Of a stretch of DNA of 64,000 nt, positions 63,591 through 64,000 are shown piece by piece (within the stretch, counting starts at the first letter, position 1; the number at the start of each line of letters is the position of its first letter). The DNA comes from Octopus vulgaris (lineage: Eukaryota): the NCBI GenBank assembly GCA_951406725.2, contig OX597836.1, positions 3,224,001 through 3,288,000 on the forward strand. Reading direction: 5' to 3'. A program made the translations under genes and the position numbers. The notes under the pieces were generated by a model that saw only the letters and a list, made by a program, of their open reading frames with translations, was not told where the DNA came from and made no database searches.

Positions 63591-64000
63591 TGCGTACCTG
63601 TATAATTTACGCAAGTAATCTTCAGGATGAAATTTTGTTAAAAAAAGTTTCTAGTCATGTAAAATTCGAACCCAAAGATTTTGAGAATTGCTAATATAGC
63701 CAGGGGAAAAACAAATTTTTGACTTTAGTTGTATTTGGCATAATTTCACTTACTTATGATTAGATATTATTTAATTTTCACTAAACAAAAATAATTCCAG
63801 TTTAACAAGTATCAGATTAAAAGCTATTAAATTACAAAGTGTTTGTGTTGTTTATAATAAACTTCGTAATAAATAGAAAACTCAAGCAAAAAGAAAAAAC
63901 AGACCAGAAACAGAGAAATCTTATCACGCCATGCCTAAGTTACGAACAGCCATTGTCGTGACAACCGAATGCTGATATTAATAAGAATGAGATTCTAGAA

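Overview
AT-rich eukaryotic genomic DNA saturated with (TA)n/(CA)n/(TATG)n microsatellites and tRNA-derived SINEs. The repeat landscape most resembles an octopus (coleoid cephalopod) genome; this is inferred, not proven. Nearly all ORFs in the supplied track are microsatellite artefacts. Supported content: a deleted Tc1 element with intact TIRs; fragments of R4/Dong-like, Tx1-like and RTE LINEs; mariner- and pogo-derived MITEs; a Helentron-type element interrupted by a TSD-flanked retro-insertion; and four SINE families. Less obvious structure: (1) six loci fold into type I hammerhead-ribozyme cores of the Penelope/retrozyme kind, two of them inside long fold-back palindromes (a perfect 156 bp one and a near-perfect 185 bp one) that place a ribozyme on each strand; (2) two chains of short, phase-compatible candidate exons on the + strand, one ending a gene at about 2.3-17.9 kb (with an in-frame TAG inside an apparently conserved domain) and one starting a gene at about 58.8-63.1 kb; (3) several other long inverted repeats and (TA)n-spaced minisatellites. 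Gene models and ribozyme activity are hand-derived hypotheses that need RNA-seq, profile searches and cleavage assays.
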